Below the pieces are notes generated by a model. That model was not told the DNA's origin and did not search any database. It worked only from the letters and a program-made list of their open reading frames with translations. Below are positions 52,313-53,398 of a DNA stretch of 53,398 nt, piece by piece. Position 1 is the stretch's first letter. Each line of letters starts with the position of its first letter. The position numbers were made by a program, and so were the translations under genes. This DNA is from Trichinella spiralis. Lineage: Eukaryota. The stretch spans positions 1,123,844 through 1,177,241 of the forward strand of contig NW_003526941.1 of NCBI RefSeq assembly GCF_000181795.1. Reading direction: 5' to 3'.

Positions 52313-52694
52313 GTAGTATCAATCTGGATGGCTGTCTGTTCATTTGGAAGCAATTTTTTCAGATTGATTTTCTTACGAACCACATGTTCTTACAGGAAGC
52401 ATTTCCACCGGTTGGTAAACCAAATGCAAGGAGTGTCAGGCACAAGGAAACACGATCCGAAGTTTCTTCGCTTTGCTAGAAATACATACATTTCAGGTAA
52501 ATGAATTTTCTCTATTTATAATTGTCACTGATATCAGATTATATTGTCTTATTATGGGTGTGAAATAGCAATATTATGTTAATTGAAGACGAATGACAGT
52601 GCATCTGATTGAAATTTATATGTACACGTACTATCTGTAAGAACATTAACTTACTTGTTAAATGCGATGGGGTACATAAAGATGCTCCTATTCC

Positions 52695-53398
52695 TATACG
52701 GAGTTTAAAGATAGTTTATATATATATACGGAGTTAAAAGACAGTTTGCATATATATATACGGAGTTGAAAGACAGTTTGTATATACATACAGAGTTGAA
52801 CCACTCTTCAAAAGGCGGAGGAGGGGGTGGCGGGTGGGTATACGGAGCTTAAAGATAGTTTATATATATATACGGAGTTGAAAGACAGTTTGTATATATA
52901 TATATGGAGTTGAACCATTCTTCAAAGGGCGGAGGAGGGGGTGGCGGGCGGGTATACGGAGCTTAAAGATAGTTTGTATATATATACGGAGTTGAAAGAC
53001 AGTTTGTATATATATACGGAGTTGAAAGACAGTTTGTATATATATACGGAGTTGAACCATTCTTCAAAGGGCGGAGGAGGGGGTGGCGGGCGGGTATACG
53101 GAGCTTAAAGATAGTTTATATATATATACGGAGTTGAAAGACAGTTTGTATATATATACGGAGTTGAAAGACAGTTTGTATATATATACGGAGTTGAAAG
53201 AAAGTTTGTATATATATACGGAGTTGAACCATTCTTCAAAGGGCGGAGGAGGGGGTGGCGGGCGGGTATACGGAGCTTAAAGATAGTTTGTATATATATA
53301 CGGAGTTGAAAGACAGTTTGTATATATATACGGAGTTGAAAGACAGTTTGCATATATATACGGAGTTGAAAGACAGTTTGTATATATATACGGAGTTG
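52695..53398. repeat. Higher-order minisatellite: 30-bp units (GGAGTTGAAAGACAGTTTGTATATATATAC) interrupted by a constant G-rich block; runs off the window end
   Basis: The G-rich block recurs at 52816, 52930, 53072 and 53244 (spacings 114, 142, 172). Confidence 0.95.

Noticed and set aside
52695..53398. CRISPR-like repeat/spacer appearance
   Set aside because: The intervening blocks are near-identical rather than unique spacers, the context is eukaryotic, and there are no cas genes.

Overview
AT-rich eukaryotic DNA with short GT-AG introns, (T)TTTCAG-type acceptors and many microsatellites. It is most consistent with a parasitic nematode (Trichinella-like); this is inferred from style and gene content, not from a database search. 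Hand-built gene models, left to right: 3' end of a tandem OB/cold-shock-like protein, reticulon, an intronless Tyr/Arg-rich orphan, heparan sulfate 3-O-sulfotransferase, a secreted Kunitz/Cys-rich protein, a secreted CxxC orphan, ZDHHC6, HYPK, a selenoprotein thioredoxin reductase (C-terminal GCUG, GUGA-type SECIS, degenerate N-terminal glutaredoxin domain), NRBP pseudokinase, CSL/LAG-1 and CPSF6/CFIm68, then a repeat-rich end (49.7-53.4 kb). Three main observations. (1) The intronless, GC-rich NRBP gene lies on the SAME strand inside a 4.1-kb intron that splits the glutaredoxin-like domain of the TrxR gene. (2) A strong extra hairpin sits between the Sec UGA and the SECIS. (3) The CSL gene has three candidate alternative first exons, each preceded by CSL-binding sites. 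All splice models come from reading the sequence and need transcript confirmation.
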